A stretch of 64,000 nucleotides of DNA from an uncultured Candidatus Poseidoniales archaeon (GCA_905182515.1 CAJJBW010000004.1:33131-97130); one strand, 5' to 3'. Numbered from the stretch's first letter, positions 1 to 9,778 are shown. A program made the numbers and translations. The notes: a model not told the origin generated them from the letters alone.

Positions 1-1
1 T

Positions 2-325
2 CCAGATGCCACTACCCCTCTAGAAGAACAATTAAACCTATTAAAAGAAATTAAACATACCATCCCAGGTAAACCTTTGTTAGTTGTACATACAAAAATT
101 GACTTATTTGATGTTATTCCTGATGATTTTGAATACTATATAAGCGCTGAAAATGGAGAGGGAGTTGAAGAACTCCGGAAGGTAATGATCGATCAAATAG
201 CCGCAGATTATGTCATAGATCCATTAGTTTTACCTGATCACTGGCATAGAGAAGAAGACTCAATAAAGCCATTAGGGACAACTCAAGAAGTTCTCCGCCG
301 TTATGATGAAGGAAAATTTTTATAA
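2..325 (+). CDS. C-terminal fragment of a small GTP-binding protein (Nog1/Obg-like); the 5' end lies outside the window
   Basis: The frame is open from the window edge to TAA at 323-325. The translation ...GKPLLVVHTKIDL... carries a (N/T)KxD guanine-specificity motif. It is followed by a G5-like ISAENGEGVEEL. Confidence 0.5.
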   Translation, partial: PDATTPLEEQLNLLKEIKHTIPGKPLLVVHTKIDLFDVIPDDFEYYISAENGEGVEELRKVMIDQIAADYVIDPLVLPDHWHREEDSIKPLGTTQEVLRRYDEGKFL

Positions 326-439
326 TATTTTCCAATTATGGCCACAAGTAGTGCAAAATATTTGATATCCGCCCACCGATTTATCTAGGCCATCTATTTC
401 TTTTTTACTCCCACAGTTCGGGCAACTATGTGCGGCCAT
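320..439 (-). CDS. Unannotated 39-aa zinc-ribbon protein (below the ORF-track length cutoff)
   Basis: Hand translation from ATG (439-437) to TAA (322-320) gives MAAHSCPNCGSKKEIDGLDKSVGGYQIFCTTCGHNWKIL. It has two CxxC pairs, CPNC and CTTC. The stretch is locally GC-richer than its flanks. It lies on the same strand as the pyrH/DUF2116/membrane-protein genes, downstream of them. Confidence 0.45.
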   Translation of the reverse strand: MAAHSCPNCGSKKEIDGLDKSVGGYQIFCTTCGHNWKIL

Positions 440-488
440 GCCTGCCCCACTAACAATTAGTTATTCAACGATACTGTACAAAACTATG

Positions 489-1088
489 TCATGCATTCCT
501 AAATTTTTCAAACCATTCTCTTAATGGAAATGCCATTTCTGTGGCCCCAATAAAAAGGAATAAGCCAATTCCTCCTATGATTATTTCCAGTATAGGATTA
601 AGATGTATTTCTATCTCTATTGAAACATCTTGATTGCTTATTGTTGAACTATCTTTCCCTCCAGTAATAAATCTATATTTTTGAGGTTCCATATTAAAAT
701 CTAAACTTCCTCTAGAGGAAGATCCTCCTGCTATTATATACTCTTCAAAGTCATTTTCAGTGCAATTAGTTAATCCATTACTATCTGGTTCACACACGTC
801 TGGATATTCATTTATTACTCCAAACCAACTTCTATCAGGTTCATCCCAATTAATTGAAACATCAATTTCTAATAACTTGAACGCATTAGGAACTTCAATA
901 TCAGCACTAGTCATGGCTATTCTACATCCTACTTCCTCATCCTCACTACATGGGATAATTGGAATGTCGTTTTTAACAACTTCCTGGGAAATTCCAACTA
1001 TGCTGCCCAATAAAATAACAATACATAAAAGCCCAACAAAACCAGGCAATATTGATAATATTCTCACCATCATATTATATCCCCTCAT
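489..1088 (-). CDS. Hypothetical membrane-anchored protein with N- and C-terminal hydrophobic helices and an acidic ectodomain
   Basis: 199-codon ORF that directly abuts the upstream ORF at 1089. N-terminal helix: ILSILPGFVGLLCIVILLGSIV. C-terminal helix: ILEIIIGGIGLFLFIGA. No recognisable catalytic motif. Confidence 0.45.
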   Translation of the reverse strand: MRGYNMMVRILSILPGFVGLLCIVILLGSIVGISQEVVKNDIPIIPCSEDEEVGCRIAMTSADIEVPNAFKLLEIDVSINWDEPDRSWFGVINEYPDVCEPDSNGLTNCTENDFEEYIIAGGSSSRGSLDFNMEPQKYRFITGGKDSSTISNQDVSIEIEIHLNPILEIIIGGIGLFLFIGATEMAFPLREWFEKFRNA

Positions 1089-1382
1089 TTATGTTTGTAG
1101 TATATTTATTACTAAGAATAATATTGCAAACGCTGGAAAAAGATACATCATTATCGTTAATCTTTTCCTTGCCTTATCTTTCTTAGCCCAAGAATCAGAA
1201 CATTCTTGATTGTTACAAGCAGGAGGCATTCTAGCTAGTGGAATTGGTTTCCAACAAATTGAACAATGCCTGTGAGGAGGTATGCCGGATTCTTCTTTCA
1301 TTCTAGTTTTCCTAGATGCTGCACTTCTTGCTTCTTTAGCAGTTCTCTGCGCCGCTCTCAAAATAGTATCTTTCCTACTCAA
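1089..1382 (-). CDS. DUF2116-like zinc-ribbon protein with a C-terminal TM helix
   Basis: HRHCSICWKPIP...ACNNQECSDSW forms a CxxC...CxxxxC pattern. It is followed by a basic stretch and the helix MMYLFPAFAILFLVINIL. There is a 4-nt gap to the pyrH stop. Confidence 0.5.
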   Translation of the reverse strand: MSRKDTILRAAQRTAKEARSAASRKTRMKEESGIPPHRHCSICWKPIPLARMPPACNNQECSDSWAKKDKARKRLTIMMYLFPAFAILFLVINILQT

Positions 1383-1386
1383 ATAT

Positions 1387-2118
1387 TCACCCGCTTACCA
1401 CTGTGCCTTGGAATTCTCTCTCCTCAATAGCATTTTTTATATTTTCCATATTCCTGCCATCTAATATATTCAATGTCATTTTATTAACGGCAGCACACGC
1501 TACTCCAATTGGATCAACAACTTGAGATATTCCTGCTTTAGAATGCTCTGGCGGCCCGACAATTTCTTGTAATTGATCAAGAGTTAGTGTATCGTAAGAA
1601 CGAGCATTGATATTATTTTTAGGATCTTCTTCATACACCTTAGTAACATTTGTAGCGATTATGCATTTAGAGGAATTAGTGGCCACTGCTAATTTTACTG
1701 CGACAGTATCTGTAGTCTGTCCTGGTTTCGTACCGCCCATTAAAACTACAGAAAATTTATCCATTAGTGTAACTGCATCTTCTATAGTGTGTGGAATTTC
1801 ATAACAAGTCGAAATGCCCGCTCCAAGTAAAACCTCTCTAATTATTGTAGCATTTAGGCGTGTTGCTGCTATTCCAATTTTATCTAATGAAATGACATCA
1901 TCAATCAGTGGCTTAGCTAGATTTATACATTCTCTAGCGGGACTACCGCCGCCTATAACTAGCCCTAGATGCGTCCCATTACTTACAATTTCTTTAACCA
2001 TATCAGTAAGGTCCGAAAGCCAGGTCTGCCGCCCTTCTATTTCGGGACGTAATAGACTCCCTCCTAAGGCGGCCACGATAGTCGGCATTATCCGAGGGAA
2101 GAAGATGTCCCCTTTCAA
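1387..2118 (-). CDS. pyrH: Uridylate (UMP) kinase, archaeal type
   Basis: Motifs: IVAALGGSLL, LGLVIGGGSPAR, VLMGGTKPGQTTD. The first codon of the ORF is TTG (2118). ATG at 2088 (MPTIVAALGG) gives the usual length and is the more likely start. Confidence 0.85.
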   Translation of the reverse strand: MKGDIFFPRIMPTIVAALGGSLLRPEIEGRQTWLSDLTDMVKEIVSNGTHLGLVIGGGSPARECINLAKPLIDDVISLDKIGIAATRLNATIIREVLLGAGISTCYEIPHTIEDAVTLMDKFSVVLMGGTKPGQTTDTVAVKLAVATNSSKCIIATNVTKVYEEDPKNNINARSYDTLTLDQLQEIVGPPEHSKAGISQVVDPIGVACAAVNKMTLNILDGRNMENIKNAIEEREFQGTVVSG

Positions 2119-2131
2119 GTTCTATGCTCTC

Positions 2132-2142
2132 AATGTGCTGAA
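2132..2142 (-). promoter_or_regulatory. TTCAGCACATT motif in the pyrH/aRF1 divergent intergenic region (one of three copies in the window)
   Basis: The minus-strand reading of 2142-2132 is TTCAGCACATT. This is identical over 11 nt to 32655-32665 upstream of gdhA. It shares AGCACATT with 37858-37865 upstream of the giant aglB. Confidence 0.3.
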
Positions 2143-2150
2143 GGGTTGAA

Positions 2151-3434
2151 ATGCCGCCCACTACGGCCTTTCACAGGGGGACGAGTATGGCAGAAGATTT
2201 AGAGATGCAACAGCGACGATTAAAACTTAAGAAATCCCTTCAAGAAGTCTCTATTATGAAAGGAATGGGTACTGAATTAGTTACTGTCATAATCCCTCCT
2301 GATAGGATGATTCATGATGTAAGGCAACATCTTTCTCAAGAAGCTGGCCAAGCTGCTAATATTAAATCAAAATCTACGAAAAAGCATGTTACTGATGCCA
2401 TAGAATCAGCATTATCTACTTTGAATAGGTATAAAACTCCAGGCGAAAGAGGAATTGCAATATTTGTCGGTCACGTAATTACTGGAAACAATAAAACTCG
2501 TTTGATTTCAACCGTTATAGATAACCCTCCAGAGGCATTCCCATCATTTAGGTATAGATGTGACTCATCTTTTGAAATAAGCCAATTAGAAGATATGCTG
2601 ATTGATAGAACCGCATATGGATTATTTGTTATTGATAGATCAGAAGCTGCATATGGATTAGCATCTGGAAAAAGACTCCATTGCCAGGAACATGTTACTT
2701 CATTAGTACCTTCTAAGCATGGCCGGGGAGGGCAATCAGCACAAAGGTTCGAAAGATTGATTGAAGAAGCAGCACATAAATTTTTTAAGAAATCCGCAGA
2801 AAGAGCATGTTCCTATTGGTTACCTATGATTGAAGATCTTAAAGGGATAATAATAGGGGGCCCGGGTGCAACCAAGGACTTTGTAGTTAGGAATGACTAC
2901 TTCCACCATGAAATTAAAAAATTAATCAGGGAACCATTTTTTGATGTAGGATATTCTAATGAAAGTGGATTAAGAGAACTTATTCAAAGGGCGGGAGGTT
3001 TGATGGATCAAATTGAACTAGATGTTGAAAGAAAAGTAGTTGATAATTTCTTAAGAGAGGTAATGCAAACAAATCCCAAAGCAACTTATGGTGAAGTTAT
3101 GATTCGAGCTGCATTAGAACAAGGCGCAGTAGAAACTTTACTTTTATCTGAAGCCTTAACTAATCGTAGAGTAGAATGGTCCTGTAAGAAGTGTAAGAAG
3201 GTATGGAATGCAACACAGAATAGTCGTTCCGATATTCCAAATTGCCCGACATGTGATTCAGAAGATGTTGTAGACATTCCCGAGAATACTATGGATTTGA
3301 TAGATGAATTAACTTTGCTGGCAGAGCGTACTTCTTCAAAAGTAAGTCTGATTTCTTTGGATACCGAAGAAGGTGCAACTTTAAATGCAGCATTTGGAGG
3401 GATTGCAGCCATCCTGAGGTACCCTTGGTCGTGA
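2151..3434 (+). CDS. prf1: Peptide chain release factor aRF1
   Basis: Motifs: NIKS (AANIKSKS), YxCxxxF (YRCDSSF), GGQ (GRGGQSAQRFERL). The C-terminal domain carries a CxxC...CxxC insertion (CKKCKK...CPTCDS). The start may be ATG at 2187 (MAEDLEMQQRRLKLKK). Confidence 0.9.
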   Translation: MPPTTAFHRGTSMAEDLEMQQRRLKLKKSLQEVSIMKGMGTELVTVIIPPDRMIHDVRQHLSQEAGQAANIKSKSTKKHVTDAIESALSTLNRYKTPGERGIAIFVGHVITGNNKTRLISTVIDNPPEAFPSFRYRCDSSFEISQLEDMLIDRTAYGLFVIDRSEAAYGLASGKRLHCQEHVTSLVPSKHGRGGQSAQRFERLIEEAAHKFFKKSAERACSYWLPMIEDLKGIIIGGPGATKDFVVRNDYFHHEIKKLIREPFFDVGYSNESGLRELIQRAGGLMDQIELDVERKVVDNFLREVMQTNPKATYGEVMIRAALEQGAVETLLLSEALTNRRVEWSCKKCKKVWNATQNSRSDIPNCPTCDSEDVVDIPENTMDLIDELTLLAERTSSKVSLISLDTEEGATLNAAFGGIAAILRYPWS

Positions 3435-3443
3435 GGAATTATT

Positions 3444-5186
3444 TTGCAAATTCTGATTGAAGAAATATACCCATTTTTTAAAAGTGCATTTCAATACCTT
3501 GATTTAGAAGAAGAAATTTTACAAAATCTACTTTCAGCGGCTACTAAAGAAGGGCATGCCGACGTAGCATTACCTTGTCATTCTTTATCCAAAATTCTTA
3601 AAAAATCACCAATCCAAATATCTTTAGAATTATCCGATTTGATTTCTGATGAATTAAATCAAATTGCCGAAGTATCAAGTATGAATGGATTTGTAAATGT
3701 CCGTGCTAGTGACGCATGGTTAAGTGAAAAACTTATTAAAATAACCACAAATAAAAGATTAGGCATCTCTATTGATGATTCTCGCAGATTCGTAGTGGAT
3801 TATTCCGCGCCTAATGTTGCAAAAGAAATGCATGTCGGACATCTCCGTTCTACGGTAATTGGAGATTCAATAGTCAGAATGTTGTTATTTAAGGGTCATA
3901 CTGTATTTAGGGAAAATCATATTGGGGATTGGGGAACCCCATTTGGCATGTTAATAGAGCATCTTCTAGACGTCGGCGAACATGAAGCAGCCAATGAACT
4001 AAATGTTGGTGATTTAGACGGTTTTTATAAAGAAGCTAGGTCAAAATTTAATCTATCAGAAGATTTTGCAAAAAGATCTCGTAACCGCGTGGTCCTTTTA
4101 CAAAGTGGTGATGAAGAAACGATACGATTATGGGAAATCTTGGTATCTGAATCTATGCGATACTTCAATGAAGTATACTCTATGCTAAATGTTTTATTGA
4201 TAGACTCAGATATCAAAGGAGAATCATTTTATCATAATTTACTACCTGTTGTAATTGATCGTCTAAATAAATCTAAATTACTTGTAGAAAGTGAAGGTGC
4301 GGATGTAGTATATCCAGATAAAAAATGGATGAATAGAGAGGGAAAAATTATGCCTATGATTATCCGTAAGGGCGATGGTGGGTATAATTATTCAGCCACA
4401 GACTTAGCATGTATAATTGATAGATCAGAAAGACTCCAATGTACGGATTTTCTTTATGTTGTAGGCACTCCTCAAAAACAACATTTTGAAATGGTATTCG
4501 ATATTGCCAAAATGGCTAAATTAATTGATAATAAACATACTGCAGTGCACGTTAATTTTGGATCTGTCTTAAACCAAGATGGAAAAATTCTCAAAAGCAG
4601 AGAGGGAAATGTCATCAAATTAGTCGATCTTTTATTAGAATCAATATCTAGGGCTGAAGATACTATTAAACTAAAAAATCCTAATCTAAGCTACAAAGAA
4701 CGAATTAAAGTAGCAAAAATGATAGGCATAGGTGCAGTAAAATATGCCGATTTATCAACTGAAAGAACCAAAGATTACATTTTCGATTGGGATAAAATGC
4801 TTTCCTTCGAAGGTAACACTTCTCCATATCTTCAATATGCACATGCTAGGATATGTAGTATATTTGCTAAATCTCCTATATCGCGCATTGAAATTACAGA
4901 TGTTAAATTTATGATAACTGAGAAGGAAGAAAGACTATTAGCTAGAAGGTTACTAATTTTTGCCAATGTATTGGACGAAGCAATAGAAACTTACTCTCCA
5001 CACAGGCTATGTAATTATTTACATTCTCTGGCAGCATCTTTTGCATCTTTCTATGAGAATTGTCCGGTATTGAAGGCTCCTAATGCCGACATTAGAGCTA
5101 GTAGGCTCGCATTATGTGATTTAACAGCAAAAACTCTAAATTTAGGTTTAGACTTATTAGGTATTAATTCTCCAGAAGAAATGTAA
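3444..5186 (+). CDS. argS: Arginyl-tRNA synthetase
   Basis: Class-I HIGH region SAPNVAKEMHVGHLRSTVIGD, then HIGDWGTPFG, with the anticodon-binding tail ending ...GINSPEEM. TTG start, preceded by GAGGA at 3434-3438. Confidence 0.9.
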   Translation: MQILIEEIYPFFKSAFQYLDLEEEILQNLLSAATKEGHADVALPCHSLSKILKKSPIQISLELSDLISDELNQIAEVSSMNGFVNVRASDAWLSEKLIKITTNKRLGISIDDSRRFVVDYSAPNVAKEMHVGHLRSTVIGDSIVRMLLFKGHTVFRENHIGDWGTPFGMLIEHLLDVGEHEAANELNVGDLDGFYKEARSKFNLSEDFAKRSRNRVVLLQSGDEETIRLWEILVSESMRYFNEVYSMLNVLLIDSDIKGESFYHNLLPVVIDRLNKSKLLVESEGADVVYPDKKWMNREGKIMPMIIRKGDGGYNYSATDLACIIDRSERLQCTDFLYVVGTPQKQHFEMVFDIAKMAKLIDNKHTAVHVNFGSVLNQDGKILKSREGNVIKLVDLLLESISRAEDTIKLKNPNLSYKERIKVAKMIGIGAVKYADLSTERTKDYIFDWDKMLSFEGNTSPYLQYAHARICSIFAKSPISRIEITDVKFMITEKEERLLARRLLIFANVLDEAIETYSPHRLCNYLHSLAASFASFYENCPVLKAPNADIRASRLALCDLTAKTLNLGLDLLGINSPEEM

Positions 5187-5188
5187 TT

Positions 5189-6910
5189 TTAGTTGTATGA
5201 CATATGTCTTACTAAACTTCCATAGATAATTCCTGATATTGACAAACTTTCTTCATTAAACCGTTCCATAGTGTCTAGATATGTGTGGTATTCTGATGAA
5301 CCAGATCCGTAGCATGTTAAAGATTGCCCATATGCATCTTCATCAATTTCATATACAAATGGTGCATGGTCAGAATTATAAGGCATATCTACAGACTCAT
5401 ACTTAACGACATTTATTTCATATTTATTGTATAATTCTTCATATTCCTTTCCAAAAATCTTTACAATATTCTTCACATGGCTAATATCTTCTTTATTGTT
5501 GCCATATAAGGTAATTCCATTATTTCTCTCAATATCTACATGATTCATATCAAAATTAATGTATAATCTAAGATTTTCCTGTAGTTCACTTTGATGTTTT
5601 TTTACCCATTCAGTAGATCCCCATAATCCTTCTTCTTCTCCTCCCCATGTGCAAAACCAAATCGTATATTCAGGATTTCCAATTTCATCTACAATATTGC
5701 TAAATTGTCTGGCTATTTCTTGTACGGTAGCAACTCCTGCAGTATTATCGATAGCCCCCTGTCCATTGTAAACTGTATCGTGATGGGCTCCAAAAATTAT
5801 TAGTTTGTCTGTTTCCCCTTCTATGATTCCACAAGGTACGTATATTGTGCCCTTTCCCTGATTTTGTACATCAATTATCATTTGCAATCTTGAGTCTCCA
5901 TTAATAATTTCACTAGAGAGAAATGCTCCAGTACTCTTAGATACCATGATCAGCCCAATGCTTTCTGGAAGGTTACTAAAAGCCTCTACGTCCAAGGATT
6001 TGAAATATGGGACACAATCATCAGGAACTAGTTCTTCACAATTAGTTTTATCATTTATTAGGATTAATCCTCTGAGTTGATTTTCTTGAGCCCTAGAAAA
6101 CAATATGGTGTTACTTTCTGTTGCAGATTCATTATTTACTGAATCTCTAATCAAAACTAAACCGACGCCCTCTGATGCAGCACTCCAATTATCACTTTCA
6201 GTACCTGTGCCCAAATCAACTAACTTTGTATCACTTGAATATCTGATGTCGATTGAGCCACTATAACCTTGAATGACATAGTCTTCTCTATGGGTGAATT
6301 CTGTTATTTCCTTATTTATGTCAGTAAATGAGCAAGGGCTAGGGCCAGCAAGAATCTGTCCTATATCGCCCGGCTTACATATGGACAATTCAAATTGATT
6401 CCCCATTTCAAACATTGGAACTTGAAATTCTTCCATTGTTGATGGTAAATCCATTTCAGAGAAGTTATATTTTATAGATTCTGCTGCATTTTTTTCTTCG
6501 ATTGTTCCTGATAGTCTACCTTCCCATTCAGGATGGCCAAGATTAACTAAAGTTTGTGCATATTCTTTAGATTGATTATAATCGAAGTCAATTAAAATAT
6601 AATCCTCTTCTCCTCCAATCAGTTCAATTATTTCGTCAGAATATAATATTGCACTTCCTGACATCCCAATTAATAATATCAATACAATTGTAATTATTGA
6701 AAATGGTATATTTTTTATTGAAATATATTGTTTTACTATTAAATTTTTTATACTATTGTACAAATCTCTATTTTGTATCAATTCGCCATCAACCACATCA
6801 CTATTCTCTAATCGTTTAATTAGGTCAGGCTTGTTACCTGTCAAAATTAAATTTCTTTGATTTAATTCAAATTTTAATTCTTTAATAGTCATTCCATTCC
6901 ATTGATTCAT
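5189..6910 (-). CDS. Membrane-anchored M28-family metallopeptidase with an N-terminal SAP-like motif
   Basis: N-terminus: TIKELKFELNQRNLILTGNKPDLIKRLE (SAP helix-extended-helix pattern). TM helix: FSIITIVLILLIGMSGSAIL. M28 metal-ligand motifs: FGAHHDTV, DNTAGVA, GGEEEGLWGS, NFDMNH, SDHAPF. Confidence 0.7.
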   Translation of the reverse strand: MNQWNGMTIKELKFELNQRNLILTGNKPDLIKRLENSDVVDGELIQNRDLYNSIKNLIVKQYISIKNIPFSIITIVLILLIGMSGSAILYSDEIIELIGGEEDYILIDFDYNQSKEYAQTLVNLGHPEWEGRLSGTIEEKNAAESIKYNFSEMDLPSTMEEFQVPMFEMGNQFELSICKPGDIGQILAGPSPCSFTDINKEITEFTHREDYVIQGYSGSIDIRYSSDTKLVDLGTGTESDNWSAASEGVGLVLIRDSVNNESATESNTILFSRAQENQLRGLILINDKTNCEELVPDDCVPYFKSLDVEAFSNLPESIGLIMVSKSTGAFLSSEIINGDSRLQMIIDVQNQGKGTIYVPCGIIEGETDKLIIFGAHHDTVYNGQGAIDNTAGVATVQEIARQFSNIVDEIGNPEYTIWFCTWGGEEEGLWGSTEWVKKHQSELQENLRLYINFDMNHVDIERNNGITLYGNNKEDISHVKNIVKIFGKEYEELYNKYEINVVKYESVDMPYNSDHAPFVYEIDEDAYGQSLTCYGSGSSEYHTYLDTMERFNEESLSISGIIYGSLVRHMSYN

Positions 6911-6982
6911 AATATTCTCACCAAAATATGATTATAGATACATTAACAATTATAGCGGCAATGGCATATATTAAAAAATTAA

Positions 6983-7558
6983 TTATTTTTCTACCTCAGT
7001 ACCATCCCATCTTCTACCTATGTCGTGGGCAATATCTAATTGATCTAGTATTCTTGCTACCACGAAATCAATTAATTCATTTATTGTAGTGGGATTGTGA
7101 TAAAAACCAGGGCTAGCAGGAAGAATAATTACTCCCCATGATGATAATTTTGCCATAGCTTCTAAGTGAATAGTTGCAAACGGCGTCTCTCTAGGCACTA
7201 AAATTAGTTTCCTACGTTCCTTCATGGCTACTAGGGCGCTTCTCGTAGTTAAATTATCTGAAATTCCTGCAGCAATCTTGCCGATGGTAGTCCCACTAGT
7301 TGGACATATTATGTATGCATCATATTTTGCAGATCCTGATGCCGGCCTCGCCGCCAAATTATTATTATTGTATAATGTAACTCCGTATTTATTGGCTAAT
7401 TCTTCTGGAGTAATTCCACACTCAAGTTGAAGGTTTATGGCACCTGCATTGGAAACTATTAGATCTATTTCCCATTTTACATCAACAAGGGCCTTTATCA
7501 GGCGGACGGCATATTGGGCCCCGGAAGCACCGGTAATTGCAACAACCGCATTGGACAT
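6983..7558 (-). CDS. ubiX: Flavin prenyltransferase UbiX/Pad1 family
   Basis: VVAITGASGAQYAVRLIKAL plus ICPTSGTTIGKIAAGISDNL. The ORF opens at TTG 7573. ATG at 7558 (MSNAVVAITG) is chosen as the start. Confidence 0.85.
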   Translation of the reverse strand: MSNAVVAITGASGAQYAVRLIKALVDVKWEIDLIVSNAGAINLQLECGITPEELANKYGVTLYNNNNLAARPASGSAKYDAYIICPTSGTTIGKIAAGISDNLTTRSALVAMKERRKLILVPRETPFATIHLEAMAKLSSWGVIILPASPGFYHNPTTINELIDFVVARILDQLDIAHDIGRRWDGTEVEK

Positions 7559-7642
7559 GAAATGGCGTAACAAGTAAACGCCTTGAACTATTGCTTATTT
7601 TTTAAAAGGCATTCTTTCAATACCTTTGCAAAATAATGATAT

Positions 7643-8320
7643 TTATTGTTCATTCTCTGGATGCCATTCTTGTATATTACTTGGCGTCCGATTCAAGATT
7701 TTTTCAAGATTTGAAATAATTGCTTCTTCTAATACGTTCCGATTGATACTTTGTCCCTTTTTATCTAATAAATAACCTAGTTTTTCTAACGATGTAGTGG
7801 TACCTTTATCCAATCCACAACAAAACAAATTCTCTATTCTATTTCCTGGTGTCGAATAATTTACTGCTAGTCCATGTCTACTGACCCAATGTAGAAATGC
7901 TAACCCAATTGAACATATTTTCTTATCATCTACCCACACGCCCATCATTTTTGTATCTCTATATCCAGTTATACCACAATCTGAAAGTGCACTAATGACT
8001 AATTGTTCAAATTTACCAATTATTCCTCTAATACTTTGTTCTTCAATTTCCCACTTTATGATTGGGTAAATAACTAATTGACCCGGGCCGTGCCAAGTAA
8101 TTCCTCCTCCTCTATCTACATCTGAAGTTTCGTAATCGCTACTCACTTCTACCTTATTTCTTTTCGCTCTAGCTCCTATGGTGACTATTTCTGTATGTTC
8201 AACTAGTATCAGTGTATCGCCAATTTCATCATTTATTCTTTTTTTTTGCATTATTTTCATTGCTTTAGAAACAACATTATGTTCTATAATTCCAGCCCTG
8301 AGGACTTGAATTTCTTTCAA
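7643..8320 (-). CDS. lipB: Octanoyltransferase LipB
   Basis: DRGGGITWHGPGQLVIYPI signature and KKICSIGLAF (catalytic Lys/Cys region). TTG start with GGGGA upstream. It is the last gene of the dehydrogenase operon. Confidence 0.85.
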   Translation of the reverse strand: MKEIQVLRAGIIEHNVVSKAMKIMQKKRINDEIGDTLILVEHTEIVTIGARAKRNKVEVSSDYETSDVDRGGGITWHGPGQLVIYPIIKWEIEEQSIRGIIGKFEQLVISALSDCGITGYRDTKMMGVWVDDKKICSIGLAFLHWVSRHGLAVNYSTPGNRIENLFCCGLDKGTTTSLEKLGYLLDKKGQSINRNVLEEAIISNLEKILNRTPSNIQEWHPENEQ

Positions 8321-8333
8321 TTATATCCCCTTC

Positions 8334-9770
8334 TTATGCTGAATGAATGGCGTGACCTAATGTTTTCAAAACACTCTCATGAAAAGATTCTGTCATAGTG
8401 GGGTGGGCATGAACTGTGTCGGCTATATCTTCTAATAAGGCCCCCATCTCTAATGCTAAGACAAACTCTCCACTTAACTCTGCAACGTGACTTCCTACGG
8501 CCTGAATTCCAAGAATTACATGATCACTTTCTCTAGCGATAACTCTGATGAATCCTCCGGTTTTCTCAGCTTCTAATGTTAAAGCCCTCCCATTAGCTGC
8601 AAGGGGGAATTTTCCTACTATTATTTTCTCTCCTCTTTCCTTGGCTTCATCGGGATTTAATCCAACTGATACTATCTCAGGCTCAGTGAATACTATTGCG
8701 GGTATTGCAATTTTATCAAACTCTCTATTTTTACCAGCAATAATCTCAGCGACCATTTCTCCTTGGGCACTTGCTTTGTGGGCCAACATTGGTTCACCTG
8801 CCACATCACCTATTGCATATACTCCAGGTGCCGATGTTCTACATTGCCTATCTATGCGAATAAAATTTCCTGAAGCATCCATTCTTACTCCCATGTTTTC
8901 AAGTCCCCAGCCCTTGGAATTAGGTCTTCTTCCAACTGTGACAAGTACCTTATCAACCTTTAAAGATGTATTTTCTCCATTCTTATCAAAATTTATATGG
9001 ACTTTTCTAGATGCACCCTTTCCTTTAATTTCTGCACCCCTTGCCAATGCATTAGTGTGAATTATTACTTTATTCTTTTTTAGCCATAATTCTAAAGGTC
9101 TGCGAATTTCTTTGTCCATAATGGAAAGTATAGTGTCTAGCCCTTCTATGACTGTTACCTCAGATCCCAACTTAGTCATTGCACAACCTAATTCTAGTCC
9201 TATGTATCCACCTCCTACGATTGCTACACTTTTTGGAAGCTTATTCAAACTTAGTGCACCAGTTGATGAAAGAATAAATTCCTCATCACAGGGCATGAAT
9301 GGAAGATCTATGTGACTTGAGCCAGTAGCAATAATCACATTTTCAGCTTCAATATTGATTAATCCATTTTTCGTTTCTACTATACAGTTTTTTGAATCTG
9401 TAAATTTTGCAAAACCAATTACTAACTCTACTCCTGCACCTTTTAGTAAAGACTCGACCCCCTTCGTCAATTTATTGACTATATTATCTTTCCAAGATGT
9501 TAATCCAGCCATGTCCAAATTAGCATTTCCATCAACACTTAATCCCATGTGCCCCACTTCTGAACTATGCTTTTTCAGTGATTCGAATCTTTCTGCAGCA
9601 TGTATTATGGCTTTACTTGGTATGCAACCAACATTTAAGCAAACACCACCGGCTTTATATTTTTCAACAATTATTGTATCTAGTCCTAATTGTCCTGCTC
9701 TTATTCCTGCAACATAACCCCCTGGGCCTGCTCCAATTATTAGGACTTGACATTTACGTATTTCAGACAT
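8334..9770 (-). CDS. lpdA: Dihydrolipoyl dehydrogenase (E3)
   Basis: VLIIGAGPGGY FAD-binding fold. GGVCLNVGCIPSK redox-active disulfide. C-terminal HAHPTMTE. ATG at 9770 is preceded by GAGGG. The ORF also opens at GTG 9782, which overlaps the E2 stop. Confidence 0.9.
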   Translation of the reverse strand: MSEIRKCQVLIIGAGPGGYVAGIRAGQLGLDTIIVEKYKAGGVCLNVGCIPSKAIIHAAERFESLKKHSSEVGHMGLSVDGNANLDMAGLTSWKDNIVNKLTKGVESLLKGAGVELVIGFAKFTDSKNCIVETKNGLINIEAENVIIATGSSHIDLPFMPCDEEFILSSTGALSLNKLPKSVAIVGGGYIGLELGCAMTKLGSEVTVIEGLDTILSIMDKEIRRPLELWLKKNKVIIHTNALARGAEIKGKGASRKVHINFDKNGENTSLKVDKVLVTVGRRPNSKGWGLENMGVRMDASGNFIRIDRQCRTSAPGVYAIGDVAGEPMLAHKASAQGEMVAEIIAGKNREFDKIAIPAIVFTEPEIVSVGLNPDEAKERGEKIIVGKFPLAANGRALTLEAEKTGGFIRVIARESDHVILGIQAVGSHVAELSGEFVLALEMGALLEDIADTVHAHPTMTESFHESVLKTLGHAIHSA

Positions 9771-9778
9771 ATTGACCC

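Noticed and set aside
760-1464. Plus-strand ORFs 760-1209 and 1282-1464, and the antisense ORFs 1607-1804 and 1814-2149
   Set aside because: They lie antisense to the membrane-protein, DUF2116 and pyrH genes. They have no motifs and show composition-driven open frames.
2900-3434. CxxC...CxxC insertion in the aRF1 C-terminal domain (CKKCKK...CPTCDS) as a novel feature
   Set aside because: As far as I recall, zinc-ribbon-like insertions at this position occur in many archaeal aRF1 sequences, so it is probably a lineage-typical feature rather than a novelty.
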